Shown here: positions 17,801-25,965 of the stretch, in pieces
Numbering within the stretch: position 1 is the first letter of the stretch
Layout: the number at the start of each line of letters is the position of its first letter
Source of the DNA: Phycisphaeraceae bacterium
GTDB taxonomy: Bacteria > Planctomycetota > Phycisphaerae > Phycisphaerales > Phycisphaeraceae
Length of the DNA: 64,000 bases
Assembly (NCBI GenBank): GCA_002686995.1
Contig: NYZC01000403.1
Location: forward strand, 20,109-84,108
Direction of reading: 5' to 3'
Made by a program: the position numbers and the translations under genes
The notes under the pieces: model-generated
Databases searched by the model: none
What the model was told of the DNA's origin: nothing
The model's input: the letters and a program-made list of their open reading frames with translations, nothing else

Positions 17801-19441
17801 AATCCGTTCGGCGGGGATCCCGATGCCAGGATGTATCGGACCGGCGACCTGGTTCGCTGGCGGGCGGACGGTGAGATCGAGTTCCTGGGCCGCGTGGACG
17901 ACCAAGTCAAGCTTCGCGGGTTTCGCATCGAACCCGGCGAGATCGAGTACGTCCTCACCGGGCATCCGGATGTCGCCCGGAGTGTCGTCACCGCAAGGGA
18001 AGATCGACCCGGCGAGAAGCGACTCGTGGCATACTTCGTGCCCGCGCGCGATGTGCAACCGAATGACGCGGATCTGGCCCGCCACGTGCGGAGACGGCTC
18101 CCGCGCTACATGGTGCCCACGGCGTTCGTGCGTCTCGACGCGCTGCCGCAACTTCCAGGCGGCAAGGTCGATCGACGCGCATTGCCGCCGCCGATTGCAC
18201 GTCGCTCGGAATGCGATCCCGAATCCGTCGCTCCACGCACGCCCACCGAGAAGCAGCTGGCGGCCATCTGGTGCGATCTGCTCGGCCTCGATCGCGTGGG
18301 CGCCGACGACCGCTTCTTCGAGCTCGGAGGCCATTCACTCATGGCCGTGCCGCTGTTCGATCGGATCGAGAAGATATTCGGCCGGAGCCTGCCGCTGGCC
18401 ACGTTGTACGAGCGTGACACGATCGGTCACCTCGCGACACTCCTTGACGAGCAGCCGGGTTCGGCCTCGACCGTCGCGTCGGCCATACCCCTGCGGGAAG
18501 GCGGCCAGGGTCGTCGCCTGTTTCTGTTTCCGTCGATCGGCGGTGAGCTGATGTACTTTCGCCACGTGCTCGAGAAGCTGGACCGACGTTTTCCGGTCAC
18601 GGGCATTCAACCCGACCCGACGCCCGAGAACGTGGAAGCGTTCCGGGACATTCCCACAACCGCGCATGCCTTCGTCGAGGCGGTGCAAGCGTGTCAGTCA
18701 TCCGGCCCCTACGCCCTGGCCGGCTTCTCTTATGGCGGGCTGATGGCCTACGAGGTGGCCTGCATGCTCGAGGGAACGGGGGAAGAGGTCGATCTGCTGG
18801 CCGTCATCGACACGGGGCCCGGTCCGGCGAATTCCGAATCGCGATCCACCCGGCCGGCGGTGCGCCTCGCATGGATCGCGATGAACCTTCCCTTCTGGCT
18901 GCGTGACGAGATTCGGCACGTCTCGGCACCACGATGGATCGAGCGCGTCCGTCGGACGATTCCTCGATGGTACCGCCACGTGGCATCGCACGGGCGAGCG
19001 CCGATCGAGTTTGATCACTTCATGGACATCAACCGCATCCCCTCGCGCCATCGGGAGCTGACGCGCACGGCCTTCGCCGCGTTTCGTGATTTCGCCCCCC
19101 GCCCCTATGCGGGCCGGCTGGTGCTCCTCCGCGCGAAGACCCAACCGCTTCTGAGCGACTGGCCGCGCGACCTTGGCTGGGGCCGTGTTGCCGGCGACGT
19201 GGAAATACGTCAGATCGACGGGAACCACGAGAGCATCGTGCATGGATCGCACGCCGGCGCATTGGCCGGCGAACTCGGCGCGCTGCTCGATGATCTTGAC
19301 CCGGCGGCGCCGCAGCCGTCGCTGACGCCGAATCCACCCCCAAGCGAAACCGTAAATGCCCCGAACGCGCGCAGCGCCTCGGCCGTTGGGCCCATGGGTG
19401 CAGCGCCGAAAATCGACCGCTACTTAAAGAAGAGAACGTAG
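11813..19441 (+). CDS. Two-module non-ribosomal peptide synthetase: A(interrupted by MT)-PCP-[CDA-fold deaminase]-C-A-PCP-TE
   Basis: 2,542 aa. A-domain core motifs occur twice (FTSGSTGPPKG / FTSGTTGRPKG, YRTGD, GRVDDQVKIRG). There are two GGHSL carrier motifs, the C-domain HHAAADGWS motif, and the TE motif GFSYGG. Confidence 0.95.
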   Translation: MVHGERYTPPPDIACVHQCFEQRAAEAPDAIAIVFNDTSLSYRELNERANRLAHHLQHLGVGPDVLVGSCLPRSCELIVCILGILKAGGTYVPLDPAYPHARLASMLEDARPPVLVTTSDLRDQLPGTGATVVSLDTDWSAISGQPPDTPDCRATGDDLMYVIFTSGSTGPPKGVMVTHRNVVHLYRGLPPSLCFDATDIWTMFHSCAFGFSVWEIWGALIHGGRLIVLPTESCLSPSALLDELCRRRVTVLSQTPSAFRQLLLPEVPTETADRLCLRMIVFSGEPVVSGDLRRWFDRARGRAVQLIDTYAITEAGGQIACRLIEPSDIDDSGTLDIGDILSGTTVHILDEQLRPVPTGSTGELHVAGPGLARGYLNRPALTRDRFPDDPFSRTDGGRLYRTGDRARILPDGRIALIGRVDDQVKIRGYRVEPGEIEAALSDHDAVHESAVVCRRDASGDNRLFGYVVPIPEYADAPKKQSTANADDHDRIELWPSLGEHQLYDEVLYDLMAADPVRLDQYRKAIDQHVRDRVVVDIGTGQDALLARFCVEAGARKVYAIEIIDEAFRRARSLVESLGLADRIDVIHGDATRLQLPEPAEVCVHGLFGNIGSADGIVPIMNDARRFLKPEAVTIPPRCITRIAPVQIPPDLKTQPSFRGLARTYVKRVFQHVGRRSDLRLCVRNFPRDHLIANAGTFEELDFSDFIAPERTGRSEFAVTDDARLDAFLLWVQVHITDDAPIDYLEHSHGWLPVIFPISDTGISVSRGDRISATWTCTVSANGRNPDYAICGQVVRSRARDVAFAYASPHRVRAYRSTAIHRLLFDDLDRADLSVTSLQSHLRRTLPDYMIPSDIMVVDEMPRTPSGKLDRSALPSPDSATRVPSTPFVDPATPLQRRIAAIWESVLDRDAVGIDQEFLEAGGHSLAAAQILARLRVKEGVELPPSAVFDHPTVRQLSALISGCRRIPKSQHVADPHVETTPGSADDRKFMLLAIEQASRALDKDGVPFGACITRAGSVVTTVHNSVLFDGDPTAHAEVCAIRRACRALGSLDLADCVMYTTCEPCPMCYAACHEAHISRIVYGIGHDDANAFGTPSLAIGAAKMGELGHASIELTPDVLREQVLALFERWSLRRAETVAARSPKSSPHATHTAPRQSFERIDRANVDHVPLSYSQQRLWFLDRIEDDLTAYNHAEAFRIVGDLKVEALRRSFEAVIHRHESLRTNFRVHEGEAFQVIRTPAPFDLPVVDLREGATHPQDEEISRRRDQEAMRTFDLTRDLMLRASLLRLRRHEHILLLTNHHAAADGWSEHVLWRDVSAFYAAHARNGTANLPELTIQYADFAVCQRNALEESRRDDLLRYWRKQLEGIPALELPTDSPRPSVLTHCGARHDFELNETLRERLQSLGQSEGLTLHMMLLAGFKILLSRYSHQLDVAVGTPVAARSDQVLEDLVGVFINVVVLRTDLSGDPTVREILRRIRDVSLAAYDHQDLPFEKLVEELQPERQLNRDPLIQTLFQLTNFPELDPALDGVDVSRLTPRHHPVRFDLDMHIRQGPGGFRGAVSYSTDLFNPATIERMVGHFLTLLESIVTNPNQRLGALRLLPDAERHQQLVTWNHMTTETTTDTPRNKCVHELFEEQVERSPDAIALVFGDRQLTYRALNDRADLLASRLRNQGVGPETLVGLHLERSPELIIGVLGILKAGGAYVPLDVDDPPSRIEALLGDAKIDILVTQDPSPGAMPAGCRVVRADEDDSLLQNLPGSNSPVDVGEDNLAYVMFTSGTTGRPKGVEIRHRSIARLVFGTDYAKFGPDRVFVHLAPISFDASTFELWGALLHGAKLVITPPGVPDLRQLEKLLKRHRVTTLWLTATLLNQIVEHRPQVLGGIDEVLTGGEPLSVTHVRAAQSALGPRPRFTNAYGPTECTTFATCYRLPRRLAPDVESVPIGRPIANTQVFVLDDQRQPVPIGVRGELYIGGSGLARGYLDQPALTAARFVPNPFGGDPDARMYRTGDLVRWRADGEIEFLGRVDDQVKLRGFRIEPGEIEYVLTGHPDVARSVVTAREDRPGEKRLVAYFVPARDVQPNDADLARHVRRRLPRYMVPTAFVRLDALPQLPGGKVDRRALPPPIARRSECDPESVAPRTPTEKQLAAIWCDLLGLDRVGADDRFFELGGHSLMAVPLFDRIEKIFGRSLPLATLYERDTIGHLATLLDEQPGSASTVASAIPLREGGQGRRLFLFPSIGGELMYFRHVLEKLDRRFPVTGIQPDPTPENVEAFRDIPTTAHAFVEAVQACQSSGPYALAGFSYGGLMAYEVACMLEGTGEEVDLLAVIDTGPGPANSESRSTRPAVRLAWIAMNLPFWLRDEIRHVSAPRWIERVRRTIPRWYRHVASHGRAPIEFDHFMDINRIPSRHRELTRTAFAAFRDFAPRPYAGRLVLLRAKTQPLLSDWPRDLGWGRVAGDVEIRQIDGNHESIVHGSHAGALAGELGALLDDLDPAAPQPSLTPNPPPSETVNAPNARSASAVGPMGAAPKIDRYLKKRT
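11860..13220 (+). other. NRPS domain: adenylation domain 1, N-terminal part (motifs A1-A8)
   Basis: LSYRELNERANRLA, FTSGSTGPPKG, YRTGD, GRVDDQVKIRGYRVEPGEIE. The A4 region reads AFGFSVWEIW, so Gly replaces the usual Asp235. Confidence 0.8.
13220..14310 (+). other. NRPS domain: SAM-dependent methyltransferase inserted between A8 and A9 of A1
   Basis: About 360 aa lie between RLFGYVVP and LPDYMIP (A9). It contains the Rossmann motif I VVVDIGTGQDALLARF followed by KVYAIE...VIHGD. The layout resembles protein-arginine-methyltransferase-type class I MTs; this comparison is from memory. Confidence 0.6.
14483..14698 (+). other. NRPS domain: peptidyl carrier protein 1
   Basis: LQRRIAAIWESVL...FLEAGGHSLAAAQI, which includes the phosphopantetheinyl Ser motif. 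Confidence 0.8.
14767..15215 (+). other. NRPS-embedded cytidine/guanine-deaminase-fold (CDA) zinc deaminase domain
   Basis: FMLLAIEQA...PFGACI...DPTAHAEVCAIRRAC...CVMYTTCEPCPMCYAAC carries the H-A-E ... P-C-x-x-C zinc signature. It is closest in look to guanine deaminase (GuaD) or TadA-type enzymes. Confidence 0.8.
15318..16640 (+). other. NRPS domain: condensation domain
   Basis: PLSYSQQRLWFL (C1) and HHAAADGWS (C3, HHxxxDG). Confidence 0.8.
16713..18190 (+). other. NRPS domain: adenylation domain 2 (alpha-amino-acid type, Asp235 present)
   Basis: LTYRALNDRADLLA, FTSGTTGRPKG, SFDASTFELWGAL, NAYGPTE, YRTGD, GRVDDQVKLRGFRIEPGEIE, PGGKVDRRAL. Confidence 0.85.
18240..18455 (+). other. NRPS domain: peptidyl carrier protein 2
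   Basis: EKQLAAIWCDLLG...FFELGGHSLMAV. Confidence 0.8.
18508..19295 (+). other. NRPS domain: type I thioesterase
   Basis: LFLFPSIGGE ... ALAGFSYGGLMAYE (GxSxG), an alpha/beta-hydrolase layout at the C-terminus. Confidence 0.75.
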
Positions 19442-19865
19442 GTACCGAAAATGATAAAACCGACATAGAGGCCGTTGAGGATCGTGCCCGTGACGGCGTA
19501 AGGCAGCACGCCGTCATGCCCCCGCCTTTTCACGATCGCGATCAGACCCAGGCCGAAGCCCCCGGCCGCGAGGACGATCGGGAGCAGTGCATAGACGATC
19601 CTGCTGATTTGAACTAACGGATCCACGGCTTCCGGAATCGAATCGGGAAACGTGCAGCAGCTCAAGATCACGGAGGCTGCGAAACACACGCAGCTCGCCT
19701 TGGCGGCGCGCAATGGATACGCCGCGCCGATGGCATCCTCGTTCGCTGCTGGTGACGTGATCGTCGACCGGTCAGGCGCTTCAGTGACGTTCCTTCCGCA
19801 ATGCGGACAGGTACCGTCGGCATCGGCGAACACCCGGGTGCCGCAATGCGGACACGGCTGGCTCA

Positions 19866-19869
<4 letters not shown>
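19420..19869 (-). CDS. Small zinc-ribbon membrane protein (149 aa)
   Basis: MMSQPCPHCGTRVFADADGTCPHCG (a CxxC...CxxC ribbon) followed by three predicted TM helices. Its ATGATG start overlaps the TGA stop of the upstream ribB-type gene (ATGATGA). The rest of track ORF 19420..20508 is an artefactual extension. Confidence 0.6.
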
Positions 19870-21212
<1,343 letters not shown>

Positions 21213-21240
21213 GATCGTTCATGGGTGCAGGCACCATCCA

Positions 21241-22458
21241 TCACGGGCCGAGGCGCGCGACCGTGCGGGGCTGGAAGGGGTAGGCCGTCATCAGGTCGCG
21301 CACGTCGTCGACGGTGACCGCCATGAGCTGCTCGATCTCCTCGGCCAGCGATACGTATCGGCCCAGGTAGGTCCATTGCAGACCGATCGCGCGCATGCGC
21401 CCGCCGGGGCTTTCGCCCGCGAGCGTGTCGTCGGTCGCGATCTTGTTCTTGGCGCGCTCGATCTCGCCCGCATCGATGCGCTGCGCGTAGCCGTCAAGCG
21501 TCTCGAGAAGGATCTGCTCCACCTGCTGTGCGCGTCCGGGATCGCACGAGGCATACGCGAGGTAGCATCCGGTTCGATCCTGCGTGTTGATCGAAATGTC
21601 CGCCTCGTCCGCGAGGCCCGGATCGATCAGCGCCCAGTACAGGCGGGAGCCGTCCGCGGCGCCGAGCACGTCGGTGAGCACCGCGGCCGCGTAGCGTCGC
21701 GGATCCTGCGCCGTGGGGCCGGGGCAGATCATCGCGACGTAGTGGCGACTCAGCTTGGGATCCTGCAGTGCATGGTCGCGCGATTCGAGCGACGGCGGAT
21801 CGTAGCGGCGCTCGGTGCCGGTGGGCGCCCATGCCGCGCAGCGCTGTTTCACGTCCTCGACGAGACGGCCGAAGTCGAGTTTGCCCGCTGCCGCGACGGT
21901 AACGTTGTCCGGACTATAGCGCTCGGAGAAATAGTCGCGCATCTGGTCGACGCAGAGCGCCTTGATCGAGTCGGTCGTGCCGAGGATGCGGTACGACATC
22001 GGGTGGTCGCCGAAGTGCACTTCGCAAAGGCTGTCGTGAAGCCGCCACTGGGGGCGATCCTCGTACATGCCGATCTCTTCGAGAATGACGTTCTTCTCGA
22101 TGTCGAAGTCCTCGTCGCGCAGGGCCGGCCGCAGCATGTCGCCGATCAGATCGACGGCGAGCGGCAGCTTTTCCGGCAGCACCCGGGCCCAGTAGACCGT
22201 GTTCTCCTCGCTCGTATAGGCGTTGTTGCTGGCGCCCATCGCGTCGAACTCGCGATTGACCTCGTCGGCGGTGCGCTGCGCCGTCCCCTTGAACATCATG
22301 TGCTCGAGAAAGTGGCTGACGCCCATGACGGGACGCTCCTCATCCCGCGCCCCCGTGCGCACGAAGAAGCCGACCGCCGCCGTATGGGCGCCGGTGTTCT
22401 CCTCGGCCACCACGGTCAGGCCGTTGGGGAGCGTCTCCTTGTGGAACCGGAGGGCCAT
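21241..22458 (-). CDS. M16 (pitrilysin/insulinase) family zinc peptidase
   Basis: N-terminal LPNGLTVV...GVSHFLEHMMFKGT with the inverted zinc motif HxxEH (HFLEH). Confidence 0.85.
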   Translation of the reverse strand: MALRFHKETLPNGLTVVAEENTGAHTAAVGFFVRTGARDEERPVMGVSHFLEHMMFKGTAQRTADEVNREFDAMGASNNAYTSEENTVYWARVLPEKLPLAVDLIGDMLRPALRDEDFDIEKNVILEEIGMYEDRPQWRLHDSLCEVHFGDHPMSYRILGTTDSIKALCVDQMRDYFSERYSPDNVTVAAAGKLDFGRLVEDVKQRCAAWAPTGTERRYDPPSLESRDHALQDPKLSRHYVAMICPGPTAQDPRRYAAAVLTDVLGAADGSRLYWALIDPGLADEADISINTQDRTGCYLAYASCDPGRAQQVEQILLETLDGYAQRIDAGEIERAKNKIATDDTLAGESPGGRMRAIGLQWTYLGRYVSLAEEIEQLMAVTVDDVRDLMTAYPFQPRTVARLGP

Positions 22459-22550
22459 CAGTGAAGATCAGTCTGGATCAGTCCGGAGCAGTCCGGAGCA
22501 GCAACGTGGCCGAGCGGCAACGCCAGGAACCACCGATGAACACGGAACAG

Positions 22551-22880
22551 CTAGACCGCCTTCTCGAGCTCGTCGGCGAACGTCTGCTTCGGGGTGACGC
22601 CTACGAACTTGCGCACGACCTGCCCGCCCTTGAACAGGATGATGGTCGGAATGGAGCTGATTTCGAAGCGCGAGGCGACTTCGCGATTGGAGTCGGTGTC
22701 GACCTTGCCGACCTTCACGCGGCCGCTGAAGTCGCTGGCCAGCTCGTCGATCGTCGGCGCAAGCATGCGGCAGGGCATGCACCATTCGGCCCAGAAGTCG
22801 ACCAGAACGGGCACGTCACTGTCCATCACCTCGGCGTCGAAGTTGTCGTCGGTCAGTTCAAGGACCTGTTCGCTGGCCAT
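22551..22880 (-). CDS. trxA: Thioredoxin
   Basis: 109 aa, VLVDFWAEWCMPCRMLAP...PTIILFKGG. The active site is WCMPC rather than the canonical WCGPC. Confidence 0.9.
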   Translation of the reverse strand: MASEQVLELTDDNFDAEVMDSDVPVLVDFWAEWCMPCRMLAPTIDELASDFSGRVKVGKVDTDSNREVASRFEISSIPTIILFKGGQVVRKFVGVTPKQTFADELEKAV

Positions 22881-23036
22881 CGTCGGGCTCCTGGTCTGTC
22901 GCTTCGCGGCTTCTACACATCGCAGTTCCGCATTTTAGAGGGTGCCGGGAGGCCGGGCAAACGCCAGCGTGGCGTCGCAGGTCGACAGGGTGCATGACGG
23001 CTGACGCGGGCATGATTCAGATTGCCCCAGAGGATT

Positions 23037-23064
23037 GGGTGGCTGGGGTCGAGCGCAGCCACCC
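23037..23064. repeat. REP-like family 1, third copy (self-complementary hairpin)
   Basis: GGGTGGCTGGGGTCGAGCGCAGC is identical to 21097-21119. GGGTGGCTG/CAGCCACCC forms a 9-bp stem. Located just downstream of the GT4 gene. Confidence 0.7.
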
Positions 23065-23120
23065 ACTCTGCGACCGATTCCAAAGGGACCCGCGGCAGCT
23101 GTCATGCACCCAGGTCGACA

Positions 23121-24392
23121 TCAGCCGACCTCCGGCGCCGAGGGACGTTTGAGGAAATCCTCGGGGATCGGGCGGGCCTTCCGCCCGGCGCTGACCGTCC
23201 GGTCGTACAGATCGAGCATGCGGGGAAGCACCGCGTCGAGGCTGTAGTCGCGCTGAATGAAGTCCATCGCGTTCTCGCGGATCGACCGGTACGCGGGCGG
23301 ATCCTCCAGGATCTCGACGACCCGCGCGGCGATCTGCTCGGGGTCGAAGAAGCTGACGAGAAAGCCGTTGCGGCCGTCGGTGATCATCTCGCGCACGGGC
23401 GCCGTGTCGGAGCCGACGACCGCCGCGCCGCAGGCGAGGGCATCCATCATCGACCAGCTCAGGACGAACGGGACCGTGAGGTAGATGTGGGCGTCGCCCA
23501 CCGAGAGGATCGCCGCCAGCTCGGCCGGCGTCTTCCACCCCACGAACATGAACTTCGACAGGTCGTACTGGTCCCGGCTCAGGACGTAGTGCCGCAGCGA
23601 CTTCGCGTCGCCGATCTGCTCCTCGTCGCCGCCGTAGCAGATGCGATCCGTGCCGACGACGAGGAACACCACGTCGGGGTAGCGCTCGTAGATGATCCGG
23701 GCCGCCTGCATGAACATGTCGAAGCCGCGCATGCGCTCGAACCCGCGGGCGCAATAGGTGACGATGCGCGTCTGCGGGCCGATCGTCCGGTCGAGGTAAC
23801 GCCGCGGCGGATCCGCCACCCGGTGGTAGACGCCCGTGTCGACGCCGTCGAAGACGACCTCGAGCTTGGGCTGAAAGATCCCGGGAAACACGCTCTTCTG
23901 GAACCCGGTCGGCACGTAGCCGGCGTCGCAGTTCACCAGGTCGAGCTGGATCATCGCGTTGCGGATGCTCGAGCGGAGGATCTTCTGCTCGTTGATCGGG
24001 GCGTCGTGGCGGTAATCCATGTCCGAGTGTCGCGAGTGGTAGTAGTACTCGAACATGTTGATGATCGGGCAGTCGTGCAGTTCCGGAAGGAAGATCGTCG
24101 AGCCGAATCCTGAATGGCCGACGATGAGGTCGGGCTTGACGTCGCTCCGTGCCTTCAGCGCCCGGTAGACGCCTTCGGCGTGCGCCACCGCCGTCTCGAA
24201 CGTCCGGGTGTAGTAGGAGTTGTGCTTCGTCGCCCCGCCGCGAGTGATGTACTGAATGCGCTCGATGCCGTCGAACAGCCCGGGATCGCGCTCCGACACA
24301 AACGTGCAGCGCCACCCCTTCTCGCGGACGAGGTGCGCCGCGATATGGCCGAACTGGGCCGGGAAGTTCTGATGGACGTAAAGAACGTGCAT
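23121..24392 (-). CDS. Glycosyltransferase family 4 (GT-B, group 1)
   Basis: MHVLYVHQNFPAQFGH... N-domain. The C-domain has FVGW...PFVLSWSMMDALACGAAVVGSDTAPVREMITDGRNGFLV, typical of GT4. Confidence 0.85.
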   Translation of the reverse strand: MHVLYVHQNFPAQFGHIAAHLVREKGWRCTFVSERDPGLFDGIERIQYITRGGATKHNSYYTRTFETAVAHAEGVYRALKARSDVKPDLIVGHSGFGSTIFLPELHDCPIINMFEYYYHSRHSDMDYRHDAPINEQKILRSSIRNAMIQLDLVNCDAGYVPTGFQKSVFPGIFQPKLEVVFDGVDTGVYHRVADPPRRYLDRTIGPQTRIVTYCARGFERMRGFDMFMQAARIIYERYPDVVFLVVGTDRICYGGDEEQIGDAKSLRHYVLSRDQYDLSKFMFVGWKTPAELAAILSVGDAHIYLTVPFVLSWSMMDALACGAAVVGSDTAPVREMITDGRNGFLVSFFDPEQIAARVVEILEDPPAYRSIRENAMDFIQRDYSLDAVLPRMLDLYDRTVSAGRKARPIPEDFLKRPSAPEVG

Positions 24393-24432
24393 AAGGGAAG
24401 GGAGCGAGGAGCAGGGCGCGGCGAGGGGAGCG

Positions 24433-25848
24433 CTAGACGCGGCTCGTCACCTTCGGAACCGGTTCGAGCCGGGGCGGAGGGTGGGGGTTCCAGGTCGACG
24501 GCCGGGGCGGGTATCGATGCCCCTGCGCCTGGAACAGTCGACGGCCGAGCGTCACCGCGCCCGGCACGATCGGGTCGGACTTATGGCCGCGACCGGCCAG
24601 CATCTGCCGAAGGGCCCCGTCGAAGATGTCGAGCAGCTTCTTCGTGAGGTTCGGGTTCTCCGCCGCGATGTTCCGGGTCTCCCCGGGATCGTCCAGCAGG
24701 TCGAAGAGCACGACGGGCGGGCTCGAGCGGTAGTCGCACTCGCGCGACACGATGAGCTTGTACTCGCTCGTGCGCAGGGCCCAGGCCGCCTGCCAGGTCG
24801 ACTCGCAGGCGATCAGCTTGTGGTTCCAGTGCGACATCGTCGTCTCGCCGCGAGCCAGGGGCAGCATCGACCGCCCCTCGATCAGGTCCTCGCGCAACGA
24901 TTCCCCGACGGCTTCGACCACGGTCGCGGCGAGATCCTGGTGCTGCGTCAGGGCCTGGACGCGCCGCCCCCCCTTCAGCCCGGAAGGCCAGTGCAGAATC
25001 AGGGGCACGTGCAGGCTCGCGTCATGCAGGCCATGGGCGTCGAAATAGACGCCGTGCTCGCCCAGTTGCTCCCCGTGGTTGCCGTAGACGATCAGAAGCG
25101 TGTCGTCGAGCCGGCCCACCCGCTCGAGGGCGTCGCACAGGACGCCCACGGCGTCGTCCACGGCACGGACCTGGGCGTCGTACTGGGCGGCGATGAAGTC
25201 GATGTCCTCGATACGCTGCCCGGATGTGCTCGGCCAGCGCTGCAGGAGGTCGCCAAACCACTGCTTCGGCCAGTTCTCGCCCGTCGGACGGCGGTAGAAC
25301 TCGTCGAGGCTGCCGACGTTCGTCGTCGTCGGATCGGCGTCGTAGAACAGCCCCATGCGATCGTCAGCCGGCATGTACGGCGCGTGCGCGTCCGGATAAT
25401 GCATGTGCATGAAGAAAGGCGCGTCGCGCCCGGTCTCGATCCATTCGATCGCCAGATCGTTCACGTTCGCCGCCGTGGTCCGCTCACCGCGGCGGCGGGG
25501 ATTCAGGTAGTAGCGATAGCCGCGCGCGAACCAGGTCCGATGGTCGACGAGATCGTCGACCGCGACGGCGTCGATGCCGTGGTGACGCATCAGCAGGGAC
25601 AACCAGGTGATCTTCGGGTTGAGCCCGGACGACGCGTCCTGGTTCAGGATCAGGTGCGTCAGCGGGTGGGTCCCGCTGAACACCGTCGTCATCGCCGGCA
25701 TCGTCCCCGTGATCGGCGTGAAGTGGCGCTCGAACAGGACGCCGCCGGCCGCCAGGGCGTCGAGTCGCGGTGACGTGGAACGCGGGTAGCCGTAGCAGGA
25801 AAGGTGATCGGCGCGGACCGCGTCGAGCGCGATCATCACGACGTTCAT
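24433..25848 (-). CDS. Sulfatase-like alkaline-phosphatase-superfamily hydrolase/transferase (Thr in the nucleophile position)
   Basis: NVVMIALDAVRADHLSCYGYP...TSPRLDALAAGGVLF is a sulfatase-fold N-terminus. The C/S-x-P-x-R motif is replaced by T-M-P-A-M. No signal peptide or TM helix is visible. Confidence 0.8.
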   Translation of the reverse strand: MNVVMIALDAVRADHLSCYGYPRSTSPRLDALAAGGVLFERHFTPITGTMPAMTTVFSGTHPLTHLILNQDASSGLNPKITWLSLLMRHHGIDAVAVDDLVDHRTWFARGYRYYLNPRRRGERTTAANVNDLAIEWIETGRDAPFFMHMHYPDAHAPYMPADDRMGLFYDADPTTTNVGSLDEFYRRPTGENWPKQWFGDLLQRWPSTSGQRIEDIDFIAAQYDAQVRAVDDAVGVLCDALERVGRLDDTLLIVYGNHGEQLGEHGVYFDAHGLHDASLHVPLILHWPSGLKGGRRVQALTQHQDLAATVVEAVGESLREDLIEGRSMLPLARGETTMSHWNHKLIACESTWQAAWALRTSEYKLIVSRECDYRSSPPVVLFDLLDDPGETRNIAAENPNLTKKLLDIFDGALRQMLAGRGHKSDPIVPGAVTLGRRLFQAQGHRYPPRPSTWNPHPPPRLEPVPKVTSRV

Positions 25849-25885
25849 GCAGCGTCTCCTGGCGGGAAGGCCGCGGATTATAGCA

Positions 25886-25920
25886 CAGTCCGCGCGGTTC
25901 CTGTGGAGCCGCGCGGACTG
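25886..25920 (-). terminator. Strong hairpin downstream of the RTX gene (possible U-tract-less terminator or stabiliser)
   Basis: Perfect 12-bp stem CAGTCCGCGCGG / CCGCGCGGACTG with an 11-nt loop, 46 nt after the RTX stop. No U-tract follows on the minus strand. Confidence 0.35.
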
Positions 25921-25965
25921 GTGGGTGCACAGGTTGTCGGCCGCAGGTCGGCCGTTCGATCCGGA

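Noticed and set aside
24433-25848. Calling this gene an arylsulfatase.
   Set aside because: The formylglycine-generating C/S-x-P-x-R motif is absent (T-M-P-A-M instead), so only superfamily-level assignment is justified.
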